From Callorhinchus milii (taxonomy: Eukaryota), in the NCBI RefSeq assembly GCF_018977255.1, contig NW_024704742.1, forward strand, positions 90,274,001-90,338,000: DNA of 64,000 nt, in the 5' to 3' direction. Numbering within the stretch: the first letter of the stretch is position 1; each line of letters starts with the position of its first letter. Shown piece by piece: positions 14,115 through 27,680 of the stretch. The notes beneath the pieces were generated by a model, which was not told the DNA's origin, did not search any database, and was given only the letters and a program-made list of their open reading frames with translations. The position numbers and the translations under genes are program-made.

Positions 14115-14480
14115 AATAATAACAATTTGCACTTATATACAATCTTTCACTTGAGGAGAACACCTCAAAGAGTTTACAAAGATAAGGTCAGAGCCCGAGC
14201 TGGGAGGAAGATGGGGAGTAGCAGTAGATAGCCAAAGGTATAGTCAAAGAGGTAGGACTTTAAAAGGATATCGAAAACAGAGAGGAAGTGGATGAGGTGG
14301 AGGCATGTCAGAAGAGAGTTCCAGAGGGTGGGGCAAAGTGGCTAATAACTTGTCAGCCAATGGCAAGACAAAATGGGTGGCAGGGGGCAGGAATGGGATT
14401 ATACAGGTTGATACAGTCCATAGGATGAAAAGATGAGAAGGAATGGCAAAATTTGAAGAACATCTCTTGAGGACATTCAA
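14115..14480 (-). mobile_element. L2 3'-end fragment
   Basis: aacaatttgcacttatatac tail and purine-rich L2 3' region. Confidence 0.55.
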
Positions 14481-14668
14481 ATAGATGTCACCTGAACCAA
14501 ATGATTTAGGATTTGTTGAGTGGAAGGCCCATAGATATGGTGGGGATAAAATTTAGCATTACTCGTAGCAATAGAACAGAATTGAGAAATGAAGGAAGAT
14601 TATTTCCCAAGATGATCAGGATAAGAGCAAAAACAGAAAATGAGTTTTCAACCAAACCATTATAATAC

Positions 14669-15040
14669 GGAGTCCTGGAGCTCAGTGGTTAGAGCACTGG
14701 TTTCACAAGCGAGAGACCTGGGTTTGATTCCCGTCAGGGCAAAACGTTGGGCAAGTTTCCTTACTCCACACACCTCTGTTTACCTAGCAGTAATTAGGAA
14801 CCTGGTTGTTAGTCAATTGGCAGATTGCTTCTCCGGGGGTAATAATTCCTTCAAAAAAAATAATAATTTGGTCACTCAATCCACGACTGTTTGTGGGATA
14901 CTGCTGTGAACAATTGGCTGCCGCGTTTTGCCCACAAGATATACAGTCAATTCACTTTACAGTATCTTCTGTGAAGCGCTTTGAGATGTCTCGAAGATGT
15001 GATAAAGCACTAAATAAAATGCAAGGATTATTATTATTAT
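14669..15040 (+). mobile_element. tRNA-derived SINE, long subfamily
   Basis: ggagtcctggagctcagtggttagagc head (A box), gtttgattcc (B box), long insert, gcaaggattattattatt tail. Confidence 0.93.
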
Positions 15041-17084
15041 AATGGAAGCGTGTTGAAGAGTCGAGAACAGAAAAGGACAAGAAGGAATGGTTTCCAGAAT
15101 GATATACAGACAACACTGTAGTTGGTTCTTCATTTCACTAGAGTTACCATTACTAAAAGTGAACTCACAGAATCATATGTTTGCAATGTAAAGCCACCAA
15201 GTGCCTTTTCCATTTTACTTGGTTTCCTTTACCCAAGGAGAACTAGCACTCCAGAATCGGTAGAAGTTTTAAAACAACAAATTCACGACCCTCAGGGTCT
15301 CTTTGCAGTTAATAACCTCTGAAAAGCCATCATTCAGTAATTGTTCATTTTGTGGTTTTATGAACATGGAGTTCCTCCAAATTGGACTAAAAGTAAGTTA
15401 TTTCATGTGAAAACAATGGTCATTGTGGTTCGTGAGTATCAGGAATATAATAGAGCCTATGTAGTGGTGCCAGTGGGTATTGCGAGATAACAAACCACAC
15501 AAGTCATAGGGCATCTTTGTGTTCCCTAAAACTAAGTCAGTCCCTGAAAGGATCACTTCAGCCCCTCCAAGCATGTACAGACAATAAACAGCAAATGTGA
15601 TTAACCCTTAACTGTCTAAGACTTTTTCAGATTTCTACTATTTTTAATTGGAGTCAACGTAAAATTTAACTGCTGTGGTTGAGTCAGTCAAATGCTCGTC
15701 ATTTAGTCAATCATTACAAAAGAATCGTCATTCAATCATTCATTCAGAAGCAGCTTCGCTTCAGTCAAACCACAGCATGGGAAATCTCATAGCACACTGA
15801 TAAACACACTTCCCATGGTGGGCTGCTGTTTTGTTCTGTTATTTGCTTTGTTAATTCATTAACTGTTGCATGAGCCTCTATATTACTCAATTCTATTAGG
15901 GACATTGGTCATCTTTGTGTTCCCTACAAGGAAGTCTGTCTATGTAGTGATGCTACACCAATTTCAATCACACTCTTCCAATATACGCTTCACAGCCTCA
16001 TATTATTAACCAAGTGACCTGCTGCCTTTTGACATCAGGCTCATCCACACCAATAGATTGATTTCTATGAAGAAAGGGGACTAGACTACCTACCCCAATG
16101 TGCTGAGCTTAAAGAGAGTTAATTTGTCTTTGCTTGGAACTATAAACTAGGTCTTATCAATCCATCCACATGAAACCTACTCCATAAAATAGCATTTTGC
16201 ATTTAACGTTCTTCAACATTGATCTCTATCCACCCAAATACTGCATCTTTAGAACTATCAATGCTGCTTTTTGTCATGTCACACAATCGCAACAGTTGGT
16301 TAACAGATGTAAAAGAAATCTGATAAAACACTTGCAACAACACACATCGATTCCAGAGATGACAGACAGTTAGTGCTGAAATAACCACGAAAGAAGAACA
16401 GGCGAGAAAGTAGGCACTTTTACAGAAATATTTTTGTTCAGTCACAATATAATATAACTCAAGCATAGCCAACTCCCATTCCAAGACACACAGACATTAG
16501 CCACCCCTTCCCCCAGTTTCCAAATACAACCCGCTGGTTTTCATCTGAAAAATTATGACAATTGCTAGGATGTGGCAAAGGACCAGCATTCCATTCTGCA
16601 ATTGTGTGAAACCTTCACTGAATGCAACATTTGTGTGCCTGTCAGTTGACAGAGACAGCCAGAGGCAAAGAGCAAAAAAAAATAAACACTAAAATCACTC
16701 AGTAAAAATACTTCACATCAACAGGAAAAGTAAAAATAATGTTGTTCTACTGCAGTTTTCTTTAGTGGACTATATTCTAGTATTACTGACTAACATTTGT
16801 CAAGGCTCAAAATTCCATAAGATCCCTTGCTTAAAAGGTCAGTACCGTGAATGTTGCAGTATGCTCTACCATGGAGAGATGGAACGTGGGTCTGCATCTA
16901 GGATACCTCACACAGTGAGCTATCGATTTCAATCACACCACAGTGGGCAGTAGCCACATAGAGGCCAGGCCCATAAGAGCTCATAAGAAGGAAAGGAAAT
17001 AATAAGACCAATAGATGTATTTAATATGTCATTTTATGTTGCAGTTCCTTCATTGCCCAGGTAGATAATGGAATTGGTATCACT

Positions 17085-17803
17085 TAGCACTCTCACATCT
17101 GAGTCAGCAGGTTGTAGGTTCTAGCCCCATGTTGGGATTTTGAGCTCTTAGTCTAGGCTGATGCTCCAATGCAGTGTTAGGGGAGCACTGCATTGTTGAA
17201 GTGCCATCTATAAAACTGAGGTCTTGACTGCCTATTTAGGTGGATCCCATGGACTATATGAAATGAAAAGAGAATTTCTCCTGGTGCGCTGCCCAACACT
17301 ACCCCGATTATAAAGTTGATCATTCACTTCATAGCTGTTTGTGGGACATGAATGTGTGCAAGTTGGCTCCTGAATTCAATTACACACACAGTAAATACAG
17401 TAAATCCTGCGAGGCACTTGAGATCTTTCAAAAATAAGTTGGTTTCAAGTCCCATGTCAGGACTTTGAACTTATATAATTTAGGCTCACAGTTCAATGCA
17501 GAGATCAAGGACCAGTCAGCACTGTAGCAGATGCTGTCTTTTGGATGAGATGTTAAACCAAGGTCCATTCTGTTTGTTCAAGGAGATGGTAAAGATTCTA
17601 TGGTACTATTCAAAAAGAAAAAGGGGTATCACCAAGCAAAATAAAAAATTATAATTTGGTCACTCAATTCACGACTGTTTGTGGTACACAATTGGCTGCC
17701 GGGTTTCACCTAGTCAATTCACTTTACAGTATAATCTGTGAAGTGCTTTGAGACGTCTCGAAGGCGTGATAAGGCTCTATATCAAATGCAAGGGTTATTA
17801 TCA
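17085..17803 (+). mobile_element. Two tandem Deu-domain SINE copies plus SINE tail
   Basis: Heads at about 17085 and 17440; ttttggatgagatgttaaaccaaggtcc Deu core at about 17540; tail tatcaaatgcaagggttatta. Confidence 0.7.
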
Positions 17804-18381
17804 TTATGGCCAATAATCGCCCAGATAAAATTGGTCATAAAATCCATGGCCATTTGTGGGACATTGCTGTGTACAAATTGACTGCTGCAAAGTACACAGT
17901 CACTATACTTTACAGTAAATTCTTTGAGACGCCCTCTCAACAGGGATAGCACTTTATCAAATGTAAGGATTATCATAACTGGAGTCCCAACTCATTGAAT
18001 AGTTCAAAGGAGTGAGAATATTTTTACAAGTGTTGCTTTCATGCTTACAGAATACACTTTTCCACTGAAGAGCAATAAGAAGGGAAGAATGACTTTCAGC
18101 AAGTTAACTCATACAATTCTCAAGGAAATCCTGGGGGTTATTCCCAGTATGATGATATTTGTAGAGCCCAGAAAATATGTCAGCAGACCGTATTCTTCAC
18201 AGAGAGACCCAAGACTTGAAATTCCACCTAATTGATAAGCCCATTTTGGGCAATTGCATTTCTTAAAATGACCCAGTTTTCAATCTAACATTTAATTTAA
18301 AAAATTTCCACACATCCTAAATTTTGCCTAGAAAATACACAGTCACTACACCTTACAGCAAATATTTTGAAGTGCTTTGAG

Positions 18382-18803
<422 letters not shown>

Positions 18804-19830
18804 ACGATGTCCTCCTGATGTGAAAGGTTTTATCAAATGGAAGGATTATTATCATTATTAGATATTTTGAGACAAGATTGTCTTGTAGGGTTAAGACTAG
18901 GTGGAAATAATAGAAGAAAGTGTGGCTTAAAGTCTATTGTGCAACTGATCCACAGCAACCAGCAGGCTTTATCGCAGACCTACATTGAGTTAGCTCTCAG
19001 TTAAGGCAGGGGTATGGAAGCTGAGTTAGATAGAGGAAAACAGACAGAATGTCATGCGAGGCTACAATGCTTGTGCAATCACATTTCCAAATGCAGAAAA
19101 TAAAAAAAATTACAAAAATAAACACGCTATAAGCCATCCAGTGCTTTTACGTGGAACTGTAATCCATCACTTTCACTCACTCTGAATGAGAAGGAAATCA
19201 TTAAAATCAACATTGTCTAACATTTTATCCTGATCAGCTCTACCACATGTGGCTTTTTTTAAGAAAAAGAGCAGCCAGTGTTTGAGAATCAAACTGGCTC
19301 CAGTGTCTATTCTCAAGGTTACGGATACTTTCTTGAAATACCTAGTTTTAGAGGTCCAGCTTGCTTTCCATTCTTGAGTCTTACTCTGCATCTGTTGTTA
19401 CAGACTAGAAGCCTCCATGCAAAACTCAATTATTCCTTCTAAATGTTTAGCAATAGTCCAGACAAATGTGACTTTGATATCTGAATTTCCTCAGTGTGGG
19501 AATCATTTTCTCTTCACGCAGGCGTGCAGTAATGACAAACTACAGAGAATGGGAAAGGTTCCAGCAGGCAAAGCAAGGAACGATTGATACACTGTAATGA
19601 ATGATTGAAAAACTGCTGGAAGAATTTCAAGTATGTTGTTCGCATCAATATCAAACCCCAAACAAGCCAGAGATAATATAAAACGACCAAAGTAAATAAC
19701 ATGGGAGCGAATTGATTTTTTTTTAATATTAAAAAAGGTGGGGTGCAGCCCTGTTTGTTGTATTGTGCCTAAGAATTGACAGTCTTAGCTTGGATCAGAT
19801 TTATATAAACTGTTAGAAATCTATTCCTAT

Positions 19831-20250
19831 TCCCCAGTGACTCAGTGGGTAAATGCACTGCACCGTTTGGTACTGAGCAATACAGTCCAATAAGATCCCA
19901 GATCTTTATCTCGGCCTTTATTGAGTTAGCTGAAATCTGCTGGGACCATAGTAGGTGCCCAACAATTGGCCTCACTCATAGTCCCTAGGCTAGGGAAGGG
20001 AAAACATCATGTTGGGCTCCCACTCCTGATCACTAGCTAGTGACCTCTGCTGAAGTATCTATGTGCAGATGGAGGTGAGGAGGGAAAATGATTCAGCTGT
20101 AATGCACCCACATATTCAATACTTCTCTGATCCTCATTCTTGGTGTGCTCACTCATGAAAAATGAGCTCTGGAGGCCAACAGCATCTGTAAAGCAATCAA
20201 CATCTTTAACAAGAGAAGGCCAAAAAAGGGAGAAAGGCGTGTTAAAATAA
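19831..20250 (+). mobile_element. LF-SINE-like element, near full length
   Basis: tRNA-like head cagtgactcagtgggtaaatgcac...ggtactgagc, then tgagttagctga, attggcctca, ggctagggaagggaaaa, cccactcctgatca...gtgacctctgctg, as I recall for the LF-SINE consensus. Confidence 0.7.
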
Positions 20251-20489
20251 CACGGGAGGGTTTTGTTGAAAAATTAACAAACAGCAAGAACCAGTTCTTT
20301 AAATGATGAAAGTAAAAAAAAAGCAGAAATTGGAAAGGGAACATATGCAACAGCAAAGTCAATAGTGTGGCATGCCAATAAAAGGAAAATTACACAACAT
20401 GAGAGACCAGAAATTAAACTGAAAATGCAACTAGTTGTTTTATCCATGAGGTAGGGAGGAATATCTATTTCAAGTGAGATGATCAAGTG

Positions 20490-20815
20490 AGATTTTCAAC
20501 TTCAAGACCCTCACACTCATGTTCAAATCCCTTCACTCTCTGGCACTTTCCTATCTCTCCAACCTCCTCATTCCCCAATCCATCACCTGGCACCTCTGCT
20601 TGACTGGCAGCAGCCTCCTGCTCGTCCCTCACACCCTCCACTCCACCATCGGAAGTCACGCTTTCAGCCATTATGCCCCGAAACTCTGGAACACTCTCCC
20701 TCAATCCCTCCACCTTGCCCCCTCTCTCCTTTTATTCAAGTCCCACCTGAAGACCTTCCTCTTCGACCGTCCTTACGGCCACCTGCCCCCATCCCACCAC
20801 ACCCTGATTCACTCC
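20490..20815 (+). mobile_element. L2 ORF2 C-terminal fragment
   Basis: ORF 20519-20818: IGSHAFSHYAPKLWNTLPQSL...FKSHLKTFLF, the canonical L2 C-terminus. Confidence 0.88.
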
Positions 20816-20845
20816 TGATTTCACGCTCCAACGCTGACTCATGTT

Positions 20846-21164
20846 ATAATAATAATAATATAATCCTTGCATTTGATATAGTGCTTTTCACGTCTTCTAG
20901 ATGTCTCAAAGCGCTTCACAGAATATGCTGCAAAGTGAATTGACCGTATATTTGTGGGCAAAACGCGGCAGTCAATTGTGCACAGAAGTGTCCCACAAAC
21001 AGCCGTGAATTGAAAATGATCAATTTATTATTGTTTTGTTTTGGAGGGATTATTATTAGGCGTGTGGAGTAAGGAAACTTGCCCAAGGTTTCACCCTGCC
21101 TGGAATTGAACCCAGGTGTCTCGCTTGCAAGGCGAGTGCTCTAACCACTGAGCTACAGGACTGC
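20846..21164 (-). mobile_element. tRNA-derived SINE, short subfamily
   Basis: Complete head/body/(TAA)n tail. Confidence 0.93.
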
Positions 21165-22739
21165 GTACATGTTAATTCATTGCACTGTCTCCTCCAGCTA
21201 GCTTTTGGCACCCCCTGCTCTCAAGAAGGCCTGAAGCACATTCAGCAGATGTGCTTAACTGTGCAAGTCTAGAACACCCAATTGGTGCAAAATTGGTCAA
21301 CTTGTGAATAATGTTAAAGCAGGCCACTAAAAAGGCATCGATTTCAAGAGGAGAGTAAATTGATTCCCACCAACAAATTGATGCCCTCCCAAACCACTTC
21401 AAGGAAAACTCAACAACTACACTCCTGCGCAAACCCCACCTGATTATATGAAGTTTGGGTTGCAATTCAGCAAGATTTTCAATACCATTAATTACCACTA
21501 ATGAAAATTGACACTGGTAAAGGTAGAACTCTGAGTTTTGAATTAATAATAATAATAATTATTATTATGAGTTTTGAATTGAGAGCAGCGCTCAAATAAT
21601 TGGCTTGGGTAACTCCAGAGTGTGTGTTGGGGTACTGCTGGAGTCTAACCAGCTAAAACCGCATAGCTTGCCATTGATATCGCTGTCGGTTTCAGTAATT
21701 AATCTCCCCAAAGCCCAAATCAGAAGTGAAGATTAGTTTTTCCTTTTCTATCAATAGCTTATCTATGCTCGTCGTCTCCAACATGAAACTCAGCCAAAGC
21801 AGCACACAAACAGCACCAAACAGAAAGGAAGATTTTTCATGTCATAACAAGGAGCACCATGTAACAGAAATCCTCCTACTATCATTTGATACTATCCAGG
21901 ATCATGATTTATGGGCATGCTGTGTCTTAACAGGAAGAATTCCACACACTTTTACAAACCGTTGGAATGATATCAACACCACCCAGGAAGAATGAAAAGC
22001 CCAAGTGTAGAAGATAGGTGATGCTGTGGATTCGCTGTCTTTCACTGCTGTAACAGTAAGGCTGTTGTGATGAAATATTATTTTTCTGCTGTCCATGAAG
22101 TAGGTTCAGACATTTTATTTAGAGATGGACTGATACTGTAAACCTCCTATGATTTAGCATGTAATCTCTTTCATGAGGCTATAGGAGAGATGATACATAG
22201 GAAAATTGACACCAGCACAGTATCAATACTTTTACAAAGCTATGCTGTATCTGCCCTGTTTTTGATGCCAAAAATCAGAATCCATCAGTTAGAACAGCCC
22301 AAAGAGAAACGAAAGACACAATTTCATACAGTATGTACAGGATTGTGGATTGAAGCAAACTCCAATGGAAAAAATCAGCTCCACATGCCTCAAAATCCAT
22401 GGTATTACAGAAGCAAACAAAGAGAATGGAAGAGAAGGACATCAGAATGGCATATAAGTGTGCTTAATGTAACGACGGATGCTGACAGGAACTAAAACAC
22501 TAATAATAATAATACTTGCATTTGATATGGTGCATGTCATGTTGTTGAGGCATCTCAAAGGGCTTCACAGAATACACTGCAAAGTTAATTGGCTGTATAT
22601 TTGGTGTTTTGTTTTAACAAGAAGATATAATCTTAAAGTTAGAGCTCAGAGGGTTAAAAGTAAATGCAAAAACATTTCTCCAGAAAGCAGATTATGAAAT
22701 TCAATCTGTGGGCTCATGTCATGATCAAATCTAAATAGT

Positions 22740-22895
22740 TTTGATCATGACACAAGCCCACAGATTGCATACCTTGCTGATCCTCGCTCTGTGGCTCACA
22801 CATAAAGAATGAGATTTGAAGGCCAATGGCATCTGTAAAACCATCAACACCTCTCCAAGAGAAGGCCAGAAAAGGGAAGAAAGGCATGTTAAAAT
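22740..22895 (+). mobile_element. LF-SINE-like 3' fragment
   Basis: aggccaatggcatctgtaaaaccatcaacacc...agagaaggccagaaaaggg closely matches 20172-20250. Confidence 0.7.
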
Positions 22896-23511
22896 TTTCT
22901 TCTTAGTTGACTCAGGATTTAGAAGCACAATCTTCAAAATCCAGAATTTGATCTATGAGCAAATTTTAAAAAAAATGTCCATTTGCTGGAATTCCATGAC
23001 TTATTGATAATTGGAATGTGTTTGATAAACTGGAATTTCCAAGGTGTTATGCTGTGGTGATGACTGGTGGATGTATTGTGCTGTAACCTTTGGAAGTACC
23101 TGCTTGCAAAGTGAGCACAGTTCTGCAGCATGATTTTAGGGATAGCAATGTCTTAGAGCATTCCTTTCTACTGCTTCCATACGCTTAGGGACTATTTGCC
23201 AGATTCCTAAACAAGGGAATTCAGCAAATAAAGAAACAATGGAGTCAAACAGAGGTATCATTTTTATATACATGCTGTATTCCAGTATTTTGTGTACACT
23301 TACTGGCTTCTTTTTTCACTTAAAACACATCACATTCCTGCTTCAGGAAGGAGCTGGACTCATATGAAAATATAAGTGCGGTGTAGGTTTACGTTTCATG
23401 CAACTGAAAAAAATTCTATCTTACAAATACAGGCAGTTCGATGTGATTTTTTTTAATCATGCTAGCATGGCTTTTACTTTACGTTGGCTACAGCTCTGAG
23501 CACAACTAACC

Positions 23512-23700
23512 AAACAACAACAAGATTACATTTCTATAGCGCCTTTCACGTTGGGAGGAGTCCCAAGGCGCTGGACAGAGTACAGCATTTCAGACCCGAG
23601 CTGGGATCAGGGGGGAGAAGGGAGGGGAAGGGAAGGGGGATGGCCGATGGCATGGTCGAAGAGGAGGGTCTTGAGGCAGGACTTGAAGGAGGCTAAGGAG
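23512..23700 (-). mobile_element. L2 3'-end fragment
   Basis: tatagcgcctttcacgttgggaggagtcccaagg and ggtcttgaggcaggacttgaagg match the rc of 26380-26545. Confidence 0.85.
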
Positions 23701-24637
23701 ATAAGATACCCTAAATATAAATGCACAAAAATATCTACTCTGAAGTACTCACCATTGAATTAGTAGGAACTGGAGCTAGTATACCATATATTAAAGTGGC
23801 ACTATAGGTAGAACTTCTGTTTCCACTTGCTTCTGTTCCATGGATTTGCTTTCACACGTACTCTAACACTAAGTAATTACTACATTTCTCCTCCCCATTA
23901 CCAGCGATAATTGAGTATCTTCAAACAATCCTGACGTGTTATTTTTTGTCGCAAATATTGTATTAACAGAAAAGGATTGCAGTGACAATGCTGAAAAATG
24001 GAATATAGGACTGACAGTGTTACAGAATGGGATAATCTATGATTCACTTACTCTGAGTGACATATTGGGGGCTGATCCATTCTCAACAAATTGACAAGAC
24101 ACTGAATTTTAACTTCAGAAAAGCACCTTTACTGTACCGAGTGACATTTCTATTCCATAAACTATCATATTGTCAATTCACTTTACAGTCTATTCTGTGA
24201 AGCGCTTTGAGAAGTCAAGAAGACGTGAAAAGCACTATAACAAATGCAAGGATCATTATTATTATTATTATTAACATGAAAGCCTTTCAATAAGAGTTTG
24301 CTTAGATGAATGCACATTATTCTCAAATCTGATGACCATCCTCTCTTGTAGATTCATTTACCCCAATGAACTGGACTGATTGCTCAAATGCATTGAACTA
24401 TCATCAATTAAATGGTAAAAGGACCACAGAAATGAGATCCTCCAGGGGCAATCGCTCAACATTTGAAAATAGGTCATCAGGCACAAACTTTTCTGTCACG
24501 GGAATTTTTGATGCAACTATATATACACTGTATATACTTTATTACCAATAAATACACATTTGTTTTAAAAAATCAATTAAATATTATTAACATCCAGCTA
24601 AGATTAAGTGTTGTATCGTTTTTCTTTCAAATCTTCC

Positions 24638-26563
24638 TTCTACTCCAGGTTAATCCTGGAGGCAAAGGGCAACCCCAGGCTCCTGTTCTCCACCACCAAC
24701 TGGCTCCTCCGCCCTCCCCGCCATGCCTCGCAGATTCTTTCCTCCGACTCTCACTGCGAGGAAACGCTGGATTTCCTCGAGTCCAAAATCGAGGGAATCC
24801 GCTCAGCTGCCACTACCCTCCCAACTTCCACCCTCTCCCTACCCCCATCGCTCCTTCCACACCTTTGAACCTGTCAACCCCTCCTCTGTCATCACCACTA
24901 TATCCTCCATGAAGCCCACTACCTGATCCCTGGACCCCATCCCTACCCCCCTCCTTAAATCCCAGCTCCACCTCCTTGCCCCACTACTCGGAGACATCAT
25001 CAACTGTTCATCATCATCGGAGACATCATCATCTGGCACAGTTCCTACCCCCTTCAAAACAGCCACTATCATGCCCACCTTGAAGAACCCTTCCCTTGAC
25101 ACATCACAGCTATCCAGCTACCGGCCCATCTCCCACCTCCCTTTTCTGTCTAAGGTCCTTGAGAGAGCCATCACCTCCCAGCTTCGCTCTTTCCTCTCCT
25201 CCCACGCCCTCCATGAGCCCCTCCAATCAGGTTTCCTTGCTGCCCACAGCACGGAAACTGCTCTGGTCAAGGTCACAAATGACATCCTGACCATGTGTGA
25301 CCAGGGCTTCCTCTGCCTCCTCGTCCTCTATACTGTCTTTGACACTGTGGACCACTCAATCCTCCTGCACCGCTTCTCCTCCCACCTCAACCTTCAAGGT
25401 TCTGTCCTTGATTGGTTCAGGTCCTACCTTTCACACCGCCTCCACTTCGTCTCTGCAAACGGCTTCTCCTCCAACCTCCGAACCATCATCTTGTGCAGCG
25501 TTCCTCAGGGCTCTGTCCTCGGTCGCTTCCTCTTTACCCTCTACATGCTCCCCGTTGGCGACATCATCCGCAGACATGGGGTAAATTTCCACATGTATGC
25601 GGATGACACCCAACTCTACCTCTCTGCCTCCACCCTGAATTCCAGGACTCCTGGCGTCCTGACCGACTGCGTGACCGACATCAAGTCCTCAACAAGGGAC
25701 AACTTTCTCCAACTGAACGTCAGCAAGACCGAGGCCCTCCTGATTGGTTCGCGCCAGTGCCTCTGCATCTTAGGCGCTGGCAGCATCAGCCTCCATGGCT
25801 GCACACTCAACCTCACTAAGCCGGTCAGGAACCTTGGTGTCGTGTTTGACTCTGAACTGTCCTTTCTCCCCCACATCCACACCATGACCGGCACTGCCTA
25901 CCACCAGCTCCACAACATTGCCAGACTCTGACATTGCCTCACCCCTCAGGCTGCCAAAACCCTTACCCACGCATTCGTCACATCAAGGCTCGATTTTGGA
26001 AATTCCCTCCTCATCGGCCTTCCCTTCACAAGCTGCAGATCATCCAAAACTCTACAGCTCGTGTACTCTCACACACCAGGCTCCATGACCCCATCACTCC
26101 CACCCTCGCCCGACTCCACTGGCTCCCCAATCCCACAGAGGATCGAATTCAAGATCTTCGTTGTCACTTTCAAGGCCATCCATGGCCTTGCCCCCTCCTA
26201 CCTCTCTGACCCGCTGACTCCCTACCAACCTGCCCACTCCCTCCTTTCAGCGGGCTCCGGCCTGCACCATGTCTCCCGCCCGACCCGCCCTACCATCGGT
26301 GGCCGAGCTTTCAGCCTCTCTGTCCCCACACTCTGAAACTCCATCCCACAGTCCCTTCACCTCACTTCCTCCCTTGCCTCCTTCAAGGCCGGTCTCAAGA
26401 TCCTCCTCTTCGATCGTGCCTTCAGTGGCCCTCCCATCTCTCTGCCTTCCCTCACCCCTATTCCACCCTTCCTCCATGCTCGGGTCCTGACTCCTGAACG
26501 TCCAGGATCTTGGGACGTCCTCCCAATGTGAAAGGCGCTCTATAAATGTAATTTTTGTTGCTG
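24638..26563 (+). mobile_element. 5'-truncated L2 LINE (ORF2 RT half plus 3' UTR)
   Basis: YRPISHLPFLSKVLE, QSGF..AHSTETAL, VPQGSVLG, HMYADDTQLY, LARLHWLP; 3' stem-loop gggacgtcctcccaatgtgaaaggcgc and ttg-type tail. Confidence 0.95.
25071..25931 (+). pseudogene. L2 reverse transcriptase domain, disrupted
   Basis: 286-aa frame with YADD at about 25596; stops/frameshifts before and after; deletion in the LDLSAAFD motif. Confidence 0.9.
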
Positions 26564-26569
26564 TAGTAC

Positions 26570-26916
26570 CTGTTGCTATCAGTTACTCCCTGTTTGAGAT
26601 CCGGATCTTGTAGCGATACCACGACCTGGACCTCCCCATTCTGAACCTTTATTCGTGGGGTAACAGAACTGTTACCAGGAATGCTATACCTTTAACCCTC
26701 TATTGGCTGGATGTGGATGTAAGAGGGTCCCAATTTGAGGAGCTTGATCTACCTTCACAGAAGTGTGGAGAAACTGAAACACAGAACTACCTTGAGCCTT
26801 TGGTCACCAGGTCGGAAAGATGATCTGGCAAACTGACTTGCAAACTGACTTGTTGAAGTACTCTGAGACGCCGTCCAGCATGGACGGCGCTATATAAATC
26901 CAAGTTGTTGTTGTTG
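26570..26916 (+). mobile_element. Unclassified element with L2-type 3' stem-loop and (TTG)n tail
   Basis: Ends in cgccgtcca-gca-tggacggcg hairpin followed by ctatataaatccaagttgttgttgttg; the body matches nothing else in the window. Confidence 0.45.
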
Positions 26917-26987
26917 CTCAAAAGGTTGTGATGTAAGGAATTGGGTCTTCATTCTTTGATGGTCAAGGGCCCAGGTTTGGGATGGGA

Positions 26988-26988
<1 letters not shown>

Positions 26989-27025
<37 letters not shown>

Positions 27026-27360
27026 CCTTGATTTTGATATGGAACTTTATCACATTGTTGAGATGTCTCAAAGTGCTTCACAGAACATACTTTAAAGTGA
27101 ATTGACAGTATTCTGTGAGTGAAATAGGGCAGCCAATTATACGCAGCAGTGTCCCACAAACAGCCGTGGATTGAGTGACCCAATTTTTTTAGGGATTATT
27201 ACTCCCCGAAAGCGATCTGCCAAATGACTAGCAACCAAGTTCTTACTTACTGCTAGGTAAACAGAGGCGTGTGGCATAAGGAAACTTGCCAAAGGTTTCT
27301 CCCCACCTGGGAATTGAACCCGGGTCCTCTCGTTTGCAAGGGGAGTCCTCTAACCACTAA
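26989..27360 (-). mobile_element. tRNA-derived SINE, long subfamily
   Basis: (TAA)n tail, long insert, ggaattgaaccc B box (rc). Confidence 0.9.
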
Positions 27361-27499
27361 ATTCCCGGTTGTGGAACAGCATTTGGTTTAAATCAGCTGA
27401 CACTAAAAAAATCAAGTTAATTAATATTAGTGCTACTAACAGATTGTTATCTTACAAAAGAAAAGATAACCTCTGCAATACAATTTGTGTTAGGTGTCA

Positions 27500-27680
27500 G
27501 TCTGGTGAGTTGGTAGCATTCTCAATTCCGAGTCAGAAAATTGTGGGTTTAACTCTATGTTGACACTTTGGATGCACAGTCTAGACAAACAGTCCAATAT
27601 AACGCCTTGAGTGTGCTGCATTTTTGGAGGTGCTGTTCTTCGGATGAGACGTTAAACCAAGGTCCTGACTGACTCTCACC
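27500..27680 (+). mobile_element. Deu-domain SINE 5' half
   Basis: ggaggtgctgttcttcggatgagacgttaaaccaaggtcctgact, close to the Deu-domain core. Confidence 0.8.

Noticed and set aside
15457..15955. Short direct repeats catctttgtgttcccta (15512, 15910) and ctatgtagtg
   Set aside because: Too short and non-collinear to interpret
16203..16484. 93-aa minus-strand ORF in unique DNA
   Set aside because: No recognisable motif or convincing splice context; length compatible with chance
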